The notes under the pieces are model-generated. The model did no database searches and was not told the origin of the DNA. It saw only the letters and a list, made by a program, of their open reading frames with translations. Below are positions 26,601 through 38,600 of a stretch of 64,000 nt of DNA, in pieces (the stretch's first letter is position 1; each line of letters starts with the position of its first letter). This DNA comes from Phoronis australis (lineage: Eukaryota > Animalia > Phoronida). Made by a program: the position numbers and the translations under genes. The stretch spans positions 1,347,439 to 1,411,438 of the forward strand of contig NMRA01000015.1 in NCBI GenBank assembly GCA_002633005.1, read 5' to 3'.

Positions 26601-29600
26601 AAAGATGTTCGCTCAATTTTAACACTTATTGGTCTAACCTGGTAACAAGGTGGTGTGTATTTGATTGTGGGAGAATGTCGAGTTACAGCAACGTTAGGTA
26701 TTCAGTTGCTGGAAAACAGTCAAGTTTGGACTTACTAGAGCAGAGTCAGCCTGAATACGTTTAAAGTCTTTAGGCAGTAATACTGATCGTTTAAATATGT
26801 TTAGAAATGCAATTGCGAAATTGCTTTTTTGATGACACAGTTCAACAAAAACAGGTCTCTGACGTATACAGGTTATTTGCTGTAAGATATACAACACTGA
26901 TCATATTGAAGGTGAGCGCCACCTTGTGTGTGTTTATTTACTCAGTTCTAGACATATTCATAGAAACGCATTACTTAACGGTGATAGTGTGTCACTTACT
27001 GAAAATACCTGATGCTTTTCATCTGCAAAGGAGCAGCACCAAGATTGGAAATTCTATCCTTGTAAATTTGAATTATAAAATGTATTCGGAGACCAAGGTT
27101 TATATACTGTCAACACTTCTGTGTGCTGCCATGACTGATGCATGGTAAAATTGTGTCTGTTAACATTACACTCAATAACATGTGGTCAATTAAGAATTAG
27201 CACAGATGCTCTCCATTGTAGATTTATTATAGAAAGGTATGTCCGCTAACTGTACAATTTGTAACAGTTGTATTATAGAGTATTACTGTGAAGACTGTCC
27301 TATTGTATATTTACAGTAAAGAAGTATGTCCCACAAACTGTGCGACTCACGACAGTCGTATCATTGAGTATTACTGTGAAGACTGCCTGCTGGCCATATG
27401 TTCTCACTGTGTCATTGTTGGTGTCCACAAAGGACACAATATCTCATCAATGGAGGAAAAGGTATGGTTGTTGGGTCTACTGATATTATTAGGCCAAAAT
27501 TATAGATTTTTTGCAATATTCAGAAGGACTTGCGTGACAAAAGTAATCAGGCAAAACACTGTTTCGTTAAAGTGACTGGTGACAACTACTATTGTGGCGT
27601 AATTCTATTGTAAAATGACAGCCCACTGACTCGCCTGTTAGTTCTCTTTCATAGTTATTGTGGTGACGAATTTCAGGAAATTTCAGGTCATTTTGTCCAA
27701 ATATTTTGGGTGTGTACTGTAGAAGCGGTGCTGCCAGTCTTGATTACTAACTCTCATCAAGTGCATGACATTAAGTGAAGTGCATGTCATTAAGTAAAAT
27801 GCTAATGAGCTTGAGTTGGAATGATGTTGTTCTTCAACATTCCGTGCAGTTTTGGAAGAGTTGGCAGATTCCAATGTTTTCTTTGTTGATGGAGCTGATT
27901 ATTCTTTTGAACAAATTAATGTTTCTTTCACAGAAATTGCATAACTATTTTCAGAACAAAGTGGCCATCAGTGAAATCCAGGAAACTTTACCGGGGACTG
28001 TCGCAGTGTTGAAGAACCTGCAGAAGGCAGAGAAGGTTGGTCAGTCTAGAGCTGTTGGTTGTGTCGACCTTTGATTTGAACTGGATTTTGGCTTCTGTTT
28101 CATTGATGTTTCTCATCACATGAGCAGCATTGTAAGTCAAGAAATTGTTTAAAGGAGAATGCCACCCAAAAAACAACCTATTTTGTATCAATTTAGGTCG
28201 AGTAGTTCTACTCGATAACGGCACGTTCGGTTGCGTTACCTGACGGCAGACGGAGGTGTTGAAATTATCTAATGATGTAATTGGTTTCACACGCAGTCTG
28301 TTCAGCAGTTCACACCATGTGTTAGTGGTGTCAGCTTATCACTTGAATTCATCATTTAACACCAATAAATCATCAAACTTCGATTTAAAACCCTTAAAAA
28401 TACACCGATTTCTTATTAAAATGTGTTTTATTTCGCTATTATTTGGACACACCGTAGCCTACAAAGTTTGACAGGCCAATTTACCAAGGTCCGTAGCATG
28501 AGTTTGGGTTCTGTTCGGAGATAAATTAGAAGTATTCTTCCGTGAAATACAGACAGGAGAACATAGATCTGTGTTGTTTATACTTGTGATTTTTGAGTTC
28601 TAAATACACAAAATGCTTGTTATCCCGACCAGTGGCTCGGAACCCGTTCAAACCCGTCGTGGCCGGACTGACGGCTCGTTATCCCGGCCAGTGGCTCGGA
28701 ACCCGATCAGGCCCGTCACGGCCACCGGGTCTGGCATGAACATAAACCAACTTGAGTTGGAAACTAAACCTCCAGTCACGAAGAGACTATATAATAGTGA
28801 GCCAAAGAAATAATGTGCACGTAATTATTTATGTGAATTAGCCATGAAACTGAAAATCTACTTACTTGTCGGGGGTCGCCAAAGTCGGGTTCCCCTTCCA
28901 CAGACCGTCAGGGAAAAGGTTGTACAGTAACAATTATTTGAATAATGTATTTTTATTTCTAAATAAAGATTCCCCTAACGTGACAATAGCATATAAAATC
29001 GAGTAATTTTTTCACAACAGCAAACACTGAATTAGCATGCGCTCACACGGCCTCGGTGTCCTGTCAATTACCTTTGTTGCCGGCATCAAAAGCCGGTAAC
29101 GCAGTGGTTTATTCATTGCTGGCTTCTCAAAACATTTGCTCTCACGAGCACTCCAAGGCATTACAAATTGTACCTAATGAGACAGGCTTTGTGATCAGTT
29201 TCATATAAGCATTGGTTAGGATCATTTTAGGATGAGAATAACTCATTTTGAAACAGAACGCAGAATAATAAACATCTACATGGCAACTCGCCCTGCGCCA
29301 ATCCCGACTTAGTCAAGAGCTCATCTGATGAAGACTTCACGGGTCGGGTCGAGGAAGTCGAAAAAATTATATACCCGCTTTCTTCGCAGCTTCATAGTTC
29401 GGATAAGCAGGAACCGATGCACTGCAATATAGCAGCATTCACTCTGCAGACGAACCACTGACGTCGCTGCGTCGTTACTCGCGTTTCTCACAGGTTAACG
29501 CGACACCTTTTGGCAAGGTGAGGTCGACCGTATAAGAGGTGATGTGGATATAGACCGATTAAGACGGTAAAAAAGACTAATTAAATCGGGTGGCATTCTC

Positions 29601-32600
29601 CTTTAAGTACTGAGTGACGTATCAAGTAATGTAGTAAAATGCGACTTATGATTCATCTACATGTAAAAATGGATAATTTAAACCCAGGCAATAAGACCAG
29701 CCTTTTTTGTCTATGCCGGTACCCAGCCAGTTAAGTGGTACATTTTGTCTATGACAGCAAGCCACCGGCCCCTAATTCAGAAATAAGAAATGTATAAGGT
29801 CATGCATTTACACATACACATGGTTTTGGTGCTCTATAAACAAGTCTAACTGACCGGGACATTGTCATCTAATATGTAAATGGTATTGGGCCTGTTTATG
29901 CTCTTAATATTATGCACACAGCTTATAAATGCGACGCATAACATGAAATATTTTACCAACAAACCAACTTTCCATCAGAGATGTAAGGTTGGGGGCGAGT
30001 TGAAACAAAAAATGCTGAGGACGTCCTTAGCACCCTCTATGACTCAGCCCCTAGTTACAGGGTACGCATGTTATAGGAACTGTCGACGGCTGTGCCTGAT
30101 AACAAGCTGGAGACGTCACATGTTATTGATGAAGTTCAGAGGCACTTCCACCGTTTACACACTGCGCTACAACTCAGGTAAGCTGTAGGTGGTGTCGCTA
30201 TGGAAACGAACTGTTACACAGTCATGAAGTTGCTTGCATTTAAACTCAGATATGCAGTTATTCTGCGCCTCCTAGCACACACTGTGTCAGACTAGTGAAT
30301 TTTTTTGTTAAATTCTTCCACAAATATAAAGATCAAGACAATTTTAGTTTAATATTGGCTTGGTTTGCAGTGTGTAGATTACATAAAACAATATTTTTTG
30401 GTAACAAAGTAATCAGCCTTTGAAATATAGAAAAATTACAATTTTGACGATTATTTTGGTGTGAAATTACTGTAGGCCCTGCTTCAGATATAGTCTCTTA
30501 CTGCAAAGTGCATGAACATGTAAGAATGAATGTGTTGTATAGTTAATGTTCTCAACATCGCTATTTTTATCTTGAGAAACTTCTCTATGTGGTCATGTTT
30601 CTGCAGTGCAATAATGAAAAGGTGAGCATGCTGATGAACAAGTTCACATAGTTGTTTTCTTCCAGGGAAGTCGCTCTCATAAGTGAAATAGAGAACAAAA
30701 TGGCAGAACATTCCAGTGACATACAGAATTTGGTATACATTTTGGTTTGCTTTCTAATAGTGATTTAATTTGTTTTGTGTAAGTTTCAAGTTATGATCAC
30801 TTGGTTGGTTCATAGCTACGTGGTGATTAGTATTTATACATCGCTCTCCTGGCATCTGTTCAATAAAAAAAGACATAAGGCTTAAGTCAGAAATTTAGTC
30901 TTGCGCTCCACACAACTATTTCTGAAAAAATTCAATCTCATTTGTGCAAAAGTCCAAAGTCTCTGAGAATATACTGATAAGTGTCAGTTACTGAGATAAT
31001 TCATGTTAATTATTTCTAGACTTTGATGGGCTCAAAATTATTTGGTTGAAAAAATTTTCAGCAATTGTGAAGTGGAAGACCAAATTTCTTTCCTATATTT
31101 ATCACTTTCATGAAACAGGCTTCAGAAGCGTTTACATGACTGTGAGTCATTTGTACATTTGCTGTAGGTGTTCCAGCATTGCTGTGAGACTATGGCTGAG
31201 GTTCTGTTGCCTAGTTAACAATATCTTTATCTGCCTACATTTAAATAATGATTAAATGAGAGTTATTATTTTGACCAGCGAGCTACTTAGATGATACATG
31301 TGTTACCATAAATTTTAAACGCATGCTTCGATGTTTTTGTTTTCAGAAAGTTCAGGTTGTTGAAGAAATAAAAAGGATTGAATTCTTGCTTAAAGGTAAA
31401 ATTAATGTATTTTTTGTGAACTTCCACGACCATCTTGGACCAATGTTTAAATACACTGTTGTTCAACCAAGGAAGGCAGGAACAAGATTTTGCAAACCTT
31501 GAATTTATCGGTCTTCATTTGTTGCATCAACTTGCAAGGAAAGAAACTACTCTGTTGGAATATTTTCTCTGTGCGACCAGATTGCTTCCAAAAATATAAC
31601 TTTGAATTTTCTTCCTAAGTTGAATAAAAGAATGGCTTCTTAGTTGGGGTAATTGAAGCTTGCACTTCAATGAACAGATGTAAATGGGCTTTGAGTCGAC
31701 GCCTTCACCGCAGCTGCCATACCTGTTGAATGTCTGTTGTTATTCACTTGTCTGTAATGGATTATCCACTGGAGTGGTTTTGGTTTTTGCAAAAATTGAG
31801 AACAAATATGGAAATGTGTTGGCTTTGGATGCTATTTATTGTTTTGTATTGCATTGTATCGTATTTTATTAGATGCTCAGAAGGTAGCCAACAACCAACT
31901 GATTCTCAATGCCAACTACATCTTGGATAAACTGCATGCTCTACCGGCGACACCTTGTGTACTGGTGCCAAATGATCATCAGGAAGGCCAGTTCAGATGT
32001 GACTTTGACCAATCACTGCTAGAGGTCATTAAAAGCCATGGCACTGTGGACTGTAATGTTGAACCAAGGTAGGATTATTTTGACGCAAGGAGTGCACAAC
32101 GAAAAATCATGGACTTATGTGTCATGCGAAGTTCATGATGATACATCCAACACAATAAATCATTTGTAATCTGCTTAGAAAATTTCTGCATTTAGTTTTG
32201 TTTTAACCCAAGGAGGCTTTATCATGCTCTGATTAACTGCTCAGCTATTTCTCATAGTCAGGTGTATTCTTAGGTATGTGCTGAAGACATTGACTGAAGC
32301 GCCCTCTCACTTGGTGGAAGAGGATGATGGGAGTAGTGTATTGTCAGGGCTGCAGGATGATGGTGAGTCTGTCAGGCTGCTTGACTGGCTTCAGTGGATG
32401 TAACTGTGTCTCCAGTATTGACTTTAAATAAAGTTTATTGATTGATACACAACAGTGATTATAGCTAATGCTATAATATTCTAAGTCCATCCATTTTGCA
32501 CCAAATCTTAATGGAACTATTCTAGTTATCAGGCTTACAAAATGAAGCGTGGTTGATGGCTGAAAATCAATTAATGTGTGAATTTTTTCTCTGATATGTC

Positions 32601-35600
32601 CATTGGTAGTAGGTTTGGACAGCTAGTAAAGCCCGTTTGAAGTTGGTTGAACAGTTGTTATGGTGCTACTTATTTCAGATGAGACCTCCAGTCAGTGTTC
32701 TGCTGTGTCAGACAGCAATTCCTCCATATCCATCGGACCACCAGCGCCCCCTGTGGACAGAGTGGTGCCTACTAAGCCCCTGGTGCTCAAGAAACAAAAG
32801 TTCCACTTTGGTACCTACTCTACCCACAATATTTTGTTGTTAATTTGTTAAAAGCGTAAATATGAGTTTGTAGATTCAGTTCTCGTCTTGATCAACTGTC
32901 TTATTAATGTTTCTTTTCAGTTGTCATTTAAAACTCCCTTTATTTGGTGAGACTGCATGGGATAATGGTCTTACTCAGTAATCAGTGTTAAGTGTTATGC
33001 AAAACTGAAGAAAATGAAGAGGAATTCCTAAGCACGTTTCTCACAACGTTAATTTGTTGGCCAATTCCTTATATCTGATTGCTTGGCCAAAGGAGTTAGA
33101 AACACAACATATAGCGATGATGTGAATATGAAGTAGGTTGAAAATTGCCAAATGTTTTAAGAACAAGTGTTGCAGCGAAAATGTCCCCCTGTATATTTAT
33201 AGTAATTCAGGTGACTTAGCAACACTGTGTCCGCCTGTATACCAGAGTCATGTGTTGTGTTTCAGTAAAGCAGGAGAGAGTGTATGTGACCCACATCAAG
33301 GACCCCAGTTACTTCATGGTCCAGAAGTGTGCTGACGGTGAAAAGATCAAACAACTGTCAGCTTCCATCAACAAGTGGTGCAATAGTGCAGAGGCAAACA
33401 ACTTCAAACTAACAGATGTGGAGACAGGTAGGGTTACTCATGTGGAGACAGGTTGAACGAATGCTGGACAGTGTACTCTAGTGTACCCTTTTGAACCTCT
33501 TTGAAGTTTTAAGAAACCATCGGTGGATACTTGTGTTTCCTCTTCTGGACACATTAACAAATATTTTTCTATTAAAGTGAAAACAATGGTAACAAAATTA
33601 GGCAAATTCTGCTTGTAATAAATGAGTTATTCTTGTATGAAGGTGGTTTTTAAGTACAGAGAGTCTCTGTCTATTGTGATCATGTTGGCCCCATGTTTCA
33701 GATAGCATAGTGTTGGCTCAGTACTCTATGGATAACACCTGGTACAGAGCCCGTGTCAAGAGAGTGTTGTCCGGAGACACGGCTGCAGTGCCTGGAGCTC
33801 CTGGGCCCACCTGTGTTGAACTGTTTTATGTAGACTATGGCAACACTGAGGTGGTACCTGTAGAAAGGTGAGTTGTCTCACATACCTGTAGCTGTGTTAA
33901 CACTTGTAGAAGTGAAACAGTTAAGACCGTGGTTGTCATGTTTTTGTAGCATTGAGGATTTACTTGATATTCTCTTGGTGGCGCTAGTGACACAGTGGGT
34001 CTGTATAGACCAATACATAAAGCAATACATGCATTCTAGTTGGATATTTTCTCACTGTTGACCTCTTTCTGGTGAACAGCTTTGTATGCGCTGTCTATTA
34101 AAATGGTAAAGGACCCTTTCTTCATTAGCACCACCTGGTGGACATTGAGTCCCGCCACTGTGTTATTTCATAAAATGTGACCCATAAAGCCATGTTGTAA
34201 GTTAGTACTGAGGCGGCCCACCTGTGGACACGTGGTTTGTGTATACTAGGCAATTTGTATCTGTCTTTATGAAGCTGCCACTGTTTATTAGCACTAGCTC
34301 TGTGTGAATCACACTGAACGATACTGTGAAGAGCCAGGGCCCAACATGAGCAAGTAAACACTTGAAAATGTGGTGAGTAGAAAATTGACCTCGCTCGTGT
34401 GGGGACCGAGCAGATGTGTTTTTTTGGTGGCAAGCCCAAATCCTGGAGTAGGGGAATNTACCCTTTTGAACCTCTTTGAAGTTTTAAGAAACCATCGGTG
34501 GATACTTGTGTTTCCTCTTCTGGACACATTTCTATTAAAGTGAAAACAATGGTAACAAAATTAGGCAAATTCTGCTTGTAATAAATGAGTTATTCTTGTA
34601 TGAAGGTGGTTTTTGAGTACAGAGAGTCTCTGTCTATTGTGATCATCTTGGCCCCATGTTTCAGATAGCATAGTGTTGGCCCAGTACTCTATGGATAACA
34701 CCTGGTACAGAGCCCGTGTCAAGAGAGTGTTGTCCGGAGACACGGCTGCAGTGCCTGGAGCTCCTGGGCCCACCTGTGTTGAACTGTTTTATGTAGACTA
34801 TGGCAACACTGAGGTGGTACCTGTAGAAAGGTGAGTTGTCTTACATACGTGTAGCTGTGTTAACACTTGTAGAAGTGAAACAGTTAAGACCGTGGTTTTC
34901 ATGTTTTTGTAGCATTGATGATTTACTTGATATTCACTTGGTGGCGCTAGGGACACAGTGGGTCTGTATAAAGCAATACATACATTCTAGTTGGATATTT
35001 TGTCACTGTTGCCCTCATTGTGGTGAACAGCTTTGTATGCGCTGTCTATTAAAATGGTAAAGGACCCTGTCTCCATTAGCACCACCTGGTGGACATTGAG
35101 TCCCGCCACTGTGTTATTTCATAAAATGTGACCATAAAGCCGTGTTGTAAGTTAGTACTGAGGCGGCCCACCTGTGGACACGTGGTTTGTGTATGCTAGG
35201 CAATTTGTATCTGTCTGTATGAAGCTGTCAATGTTTATTAGCACTAGCTCTGTGTGAATCACACTGAATGATACTGTGAAGAGTCAGGGCCCGACATAAG
35301 CAAGTAAAAACACTTGAAAATGTGGTGAGTAGAAAATTGACCTCGCTCGTATGGGGACCAAGCAGATGTGTGTGTGTTTTTTTTTGGTGGCAAGCCCAAA
35401 TCCTGGAATAGAATGCTGTCACTCATACTTCTCGAGCAGACATTTTTATAATGTACATAATTACCAGTGTATTGTAATTTCATTCACTACAGATTACGCA
35501 AAATGCAGGGTAAGTTTTTGAGGCAGCCAGAGCTTGTCACCCAGTGCTGCCTGTTCGACATTGTACCACCTGAAAAGGTAAGTGTGCATGCCTAAATACC

Positions 35601-38600
35601 AGTTGGTAATGATTTATTTTTCCTTACTCTTTTACTTTGCTTGAATAACATGGTTCTACAACATGTGTTGGTCCAACACCATTTCCATCCACCGACTGTG
35701 ACAGTCAATAAATGCCGTGACTGTATTGTTGAGAGTCTCTAACAAGCTCACATTGCTAAAGTTAAAAAGTCCTTGTCTATAACAAGCATCATAATTAAGT
35801 TAGAAATACCTTGATTTATAAGAAGCTCCGTAGTTTAGTTAAAGATGTCTTTATCAATCTTCATAGTTATTCAAATAACGAACTGATTATGGTTTTTGTA
35901 ACAAGCTTTGTTTGATTGTAGAAAACCAACTGGCCGTTGGAGTCCATTACAGCCTTCGCTCGAATGACCAGTGAAAAGTCTATGATCATGACTGTAAGTA
36001 AATGTTCATGATCAGTATACATGTCCAACCACTAACATCCTTTATGAGGTTGAAAAAGACTTTTTCTTGTTACTGACATCTGAAGATGTCAGTAACCTCG
36101 GAATGTTTGGGTAGGAAGTTTTCCTTTAAACATGTTTTATTGTAAGTCTTCCTACGGTGGGTGTTTGCGCCTACACTGGCGCCATCTCAAGCTCGCCACA
36201 TTGTTCATACTTTGGGAGCACTGTCTTATATTCTCCCATCTCATCCTGTGAACAGCATGCCACGAACTTAGAAAATGTGAATGGAGGCGAGTAATGTATG
36301 CTGTAGCGTGATCAATACTTCCGTGTTCTCAAATAAACCCTGCCACTTGTAGTACGCTTGACCTCGTATTGTGTGTGTTTGTTGCAGGTGATCAGGCAGG
36401 TAAACAGCGTATTCCATGTGGACCTGAGTAAGCCAGCTAATAGTGACGTGAATGACGATCGTCCCGTGTCGGTGCGGGATGCTCTCGTTTTCCTTGAACT
36501 TGGCTACTTCACATCAGCGGCATCAAAGACATACAGAAATCGTACGTTCATCAGACGTATTGTTTTCTGCGGAGTATACGTGGAGTTCATTATCCACATT
36601 TTCAGCATTATGATATGTTATCTGAGGTTATCAAGAGGTGTATTCTTCTTAAGATTTTCCAAAATATTGGTGAATATCACATGCCGGAAGAAGAAAACTT
36701 AAGTTTTGAAACCACTCTTATCAGGGAGAGTTTTTCTACCAAAGGAGTATGTTTTTTTATACTTTAAAAATGTTGATATACTTTAAAACTGCTATTAGTT
36801 ATGTTTGATCTCTAGATTTTGTTTACATTTGAAAGTAAAATCTTTGTGAATCTAGATACAGTCTGAGTAACACAGATGTCACATCAGTAAGCTTTAGGGC
36901 AAAACATTTACTTACATTGTGGATTTCAAAAAAGTTGACAAATTTCCTATCTTCAAAAATAGTCAAAATGTTGTGACAGAAATATGCTAAATGATTTAGC
37001 ATTATTCACTGTTGGGCTTTGTTCTTGATTTTGCCACAACATCATCAAAGTCGGTCAAATTTTAGCAACATTGGTTGCCTTTTTTGAAGGGTACTGTACA
37101 AAGAATCCCATTTGCCATTGTGCATGTGCGTGAGTAACTTCTACCCTACGTTCTTGACTTATAAGTATATGTATTGAACTCTGCTATATTCTGAAAGCAA
37201 GTATTCTGAACGCAAGTATTCTTAAAGCAATTCATCAGAAGACACACCTAATCAGTTCTGTGAAACATGAAGCTTTGCTGGAAACTAGATGAACTTAGTT
37301 TTAGAAGAATGTACAGTCTGTGTCAAAAATGTTGGGTTTTGATAATAGGGTAAGCACGTAAGGGTTGGTATGTCTTCATTGTGACCCCTTCTCTGAGGTG
37401 TCTCCTTGTCTTTACAGCCTCACAGCATTTCCCTCTCCGAGACTTCCTCAAGCCAGTCTTACCTGAGGTGGGTCAAGATATACAGGTGTTCGTCTCTCAT
37501 GTGGTCTCACCTGACCTCTTCTTTGTTCAGCTGGTATGTGTAAGGTCAACTATTGGTCAAAAGTGATTTCTTATGTGGTGGCTTTCAATTCACCTACTCT
37601 ACACACTAACGTGGAATGGTAGGAATATTTTGAGAAGTGGAAAAAGTGTGTTCTTGCTCAAACAATTATTATAATGTCCCAACTTTCTAATTTTGAAAAT
37701 AAAGTCTTATCTTGCCAAGTGAAGTTTTTAAGAAAAGGTACAAATTAAACAGTTGGATCCAGTAGAATGCTTTGGTTGAGACTATCAAAACTTTCAGATA
37801 ATGTAATTGTTGATAGAGGGAGCTAGTAACATGAAGGATATTGTAGTGAGCCTGTAACATGAATGACACTGGATCAAATCAGATTAAAATGCAGTTGACG
37901 AGATATTTCTTTGTGATATCAGTTCCAGACGTAGAACACATTTTACTGGAATTGTATACTTTACAGCGAACGAAACAATTTTGTTTCTTAACTTGAGGGC
38001 ATGATTCTCCTTTGTCTTTATCATCCATTCACCATCTACAGTCTCGATTTTATGATTACTTATATGTCTCAAGTTTGCTATGTGTCATGCTCAGATGAAC
38101 CCAGTCAATGGTACTGATACATATATATCTTGATGACAATCCATTATTGTGAAGGAAACCAGTTATTAATTCTACAATGGTGATGATGTCCCGTACAATG
38201 ATAAAAGTAATCAGTCAAAATACCTTTCTGTGTAATTCTGTTAACAGCGAAAAATAGTGGTAATAACTATTTTGGTGGCAATAATTCCAATTACTAAATG
38301 GTTTAGTCACGTTACTAACTTACCTGTTAATTACCTTTCATTCTCAGTCATCAGGGGAGACTATTGTGTTGATAACTTCTGCTTTGGCCCAGTCGTCATG
38401 GCAGGGAATTCCGAGTCATTTTGTCTGAATACTTTTGGCTTGCACACTGTACATTAATGAAATGTTCTTGAGGTGGCTTTAGAGGAGCAGGCTAGGCCAG
38501 GATGAACAGCTACTCGTTTGACTGATGTGTTATTCAGTTTTAGCGCTCGATGCTGCAGTGCCATTGGACACTGTTGTTTAGTCGTGATGTGAACCTTATA

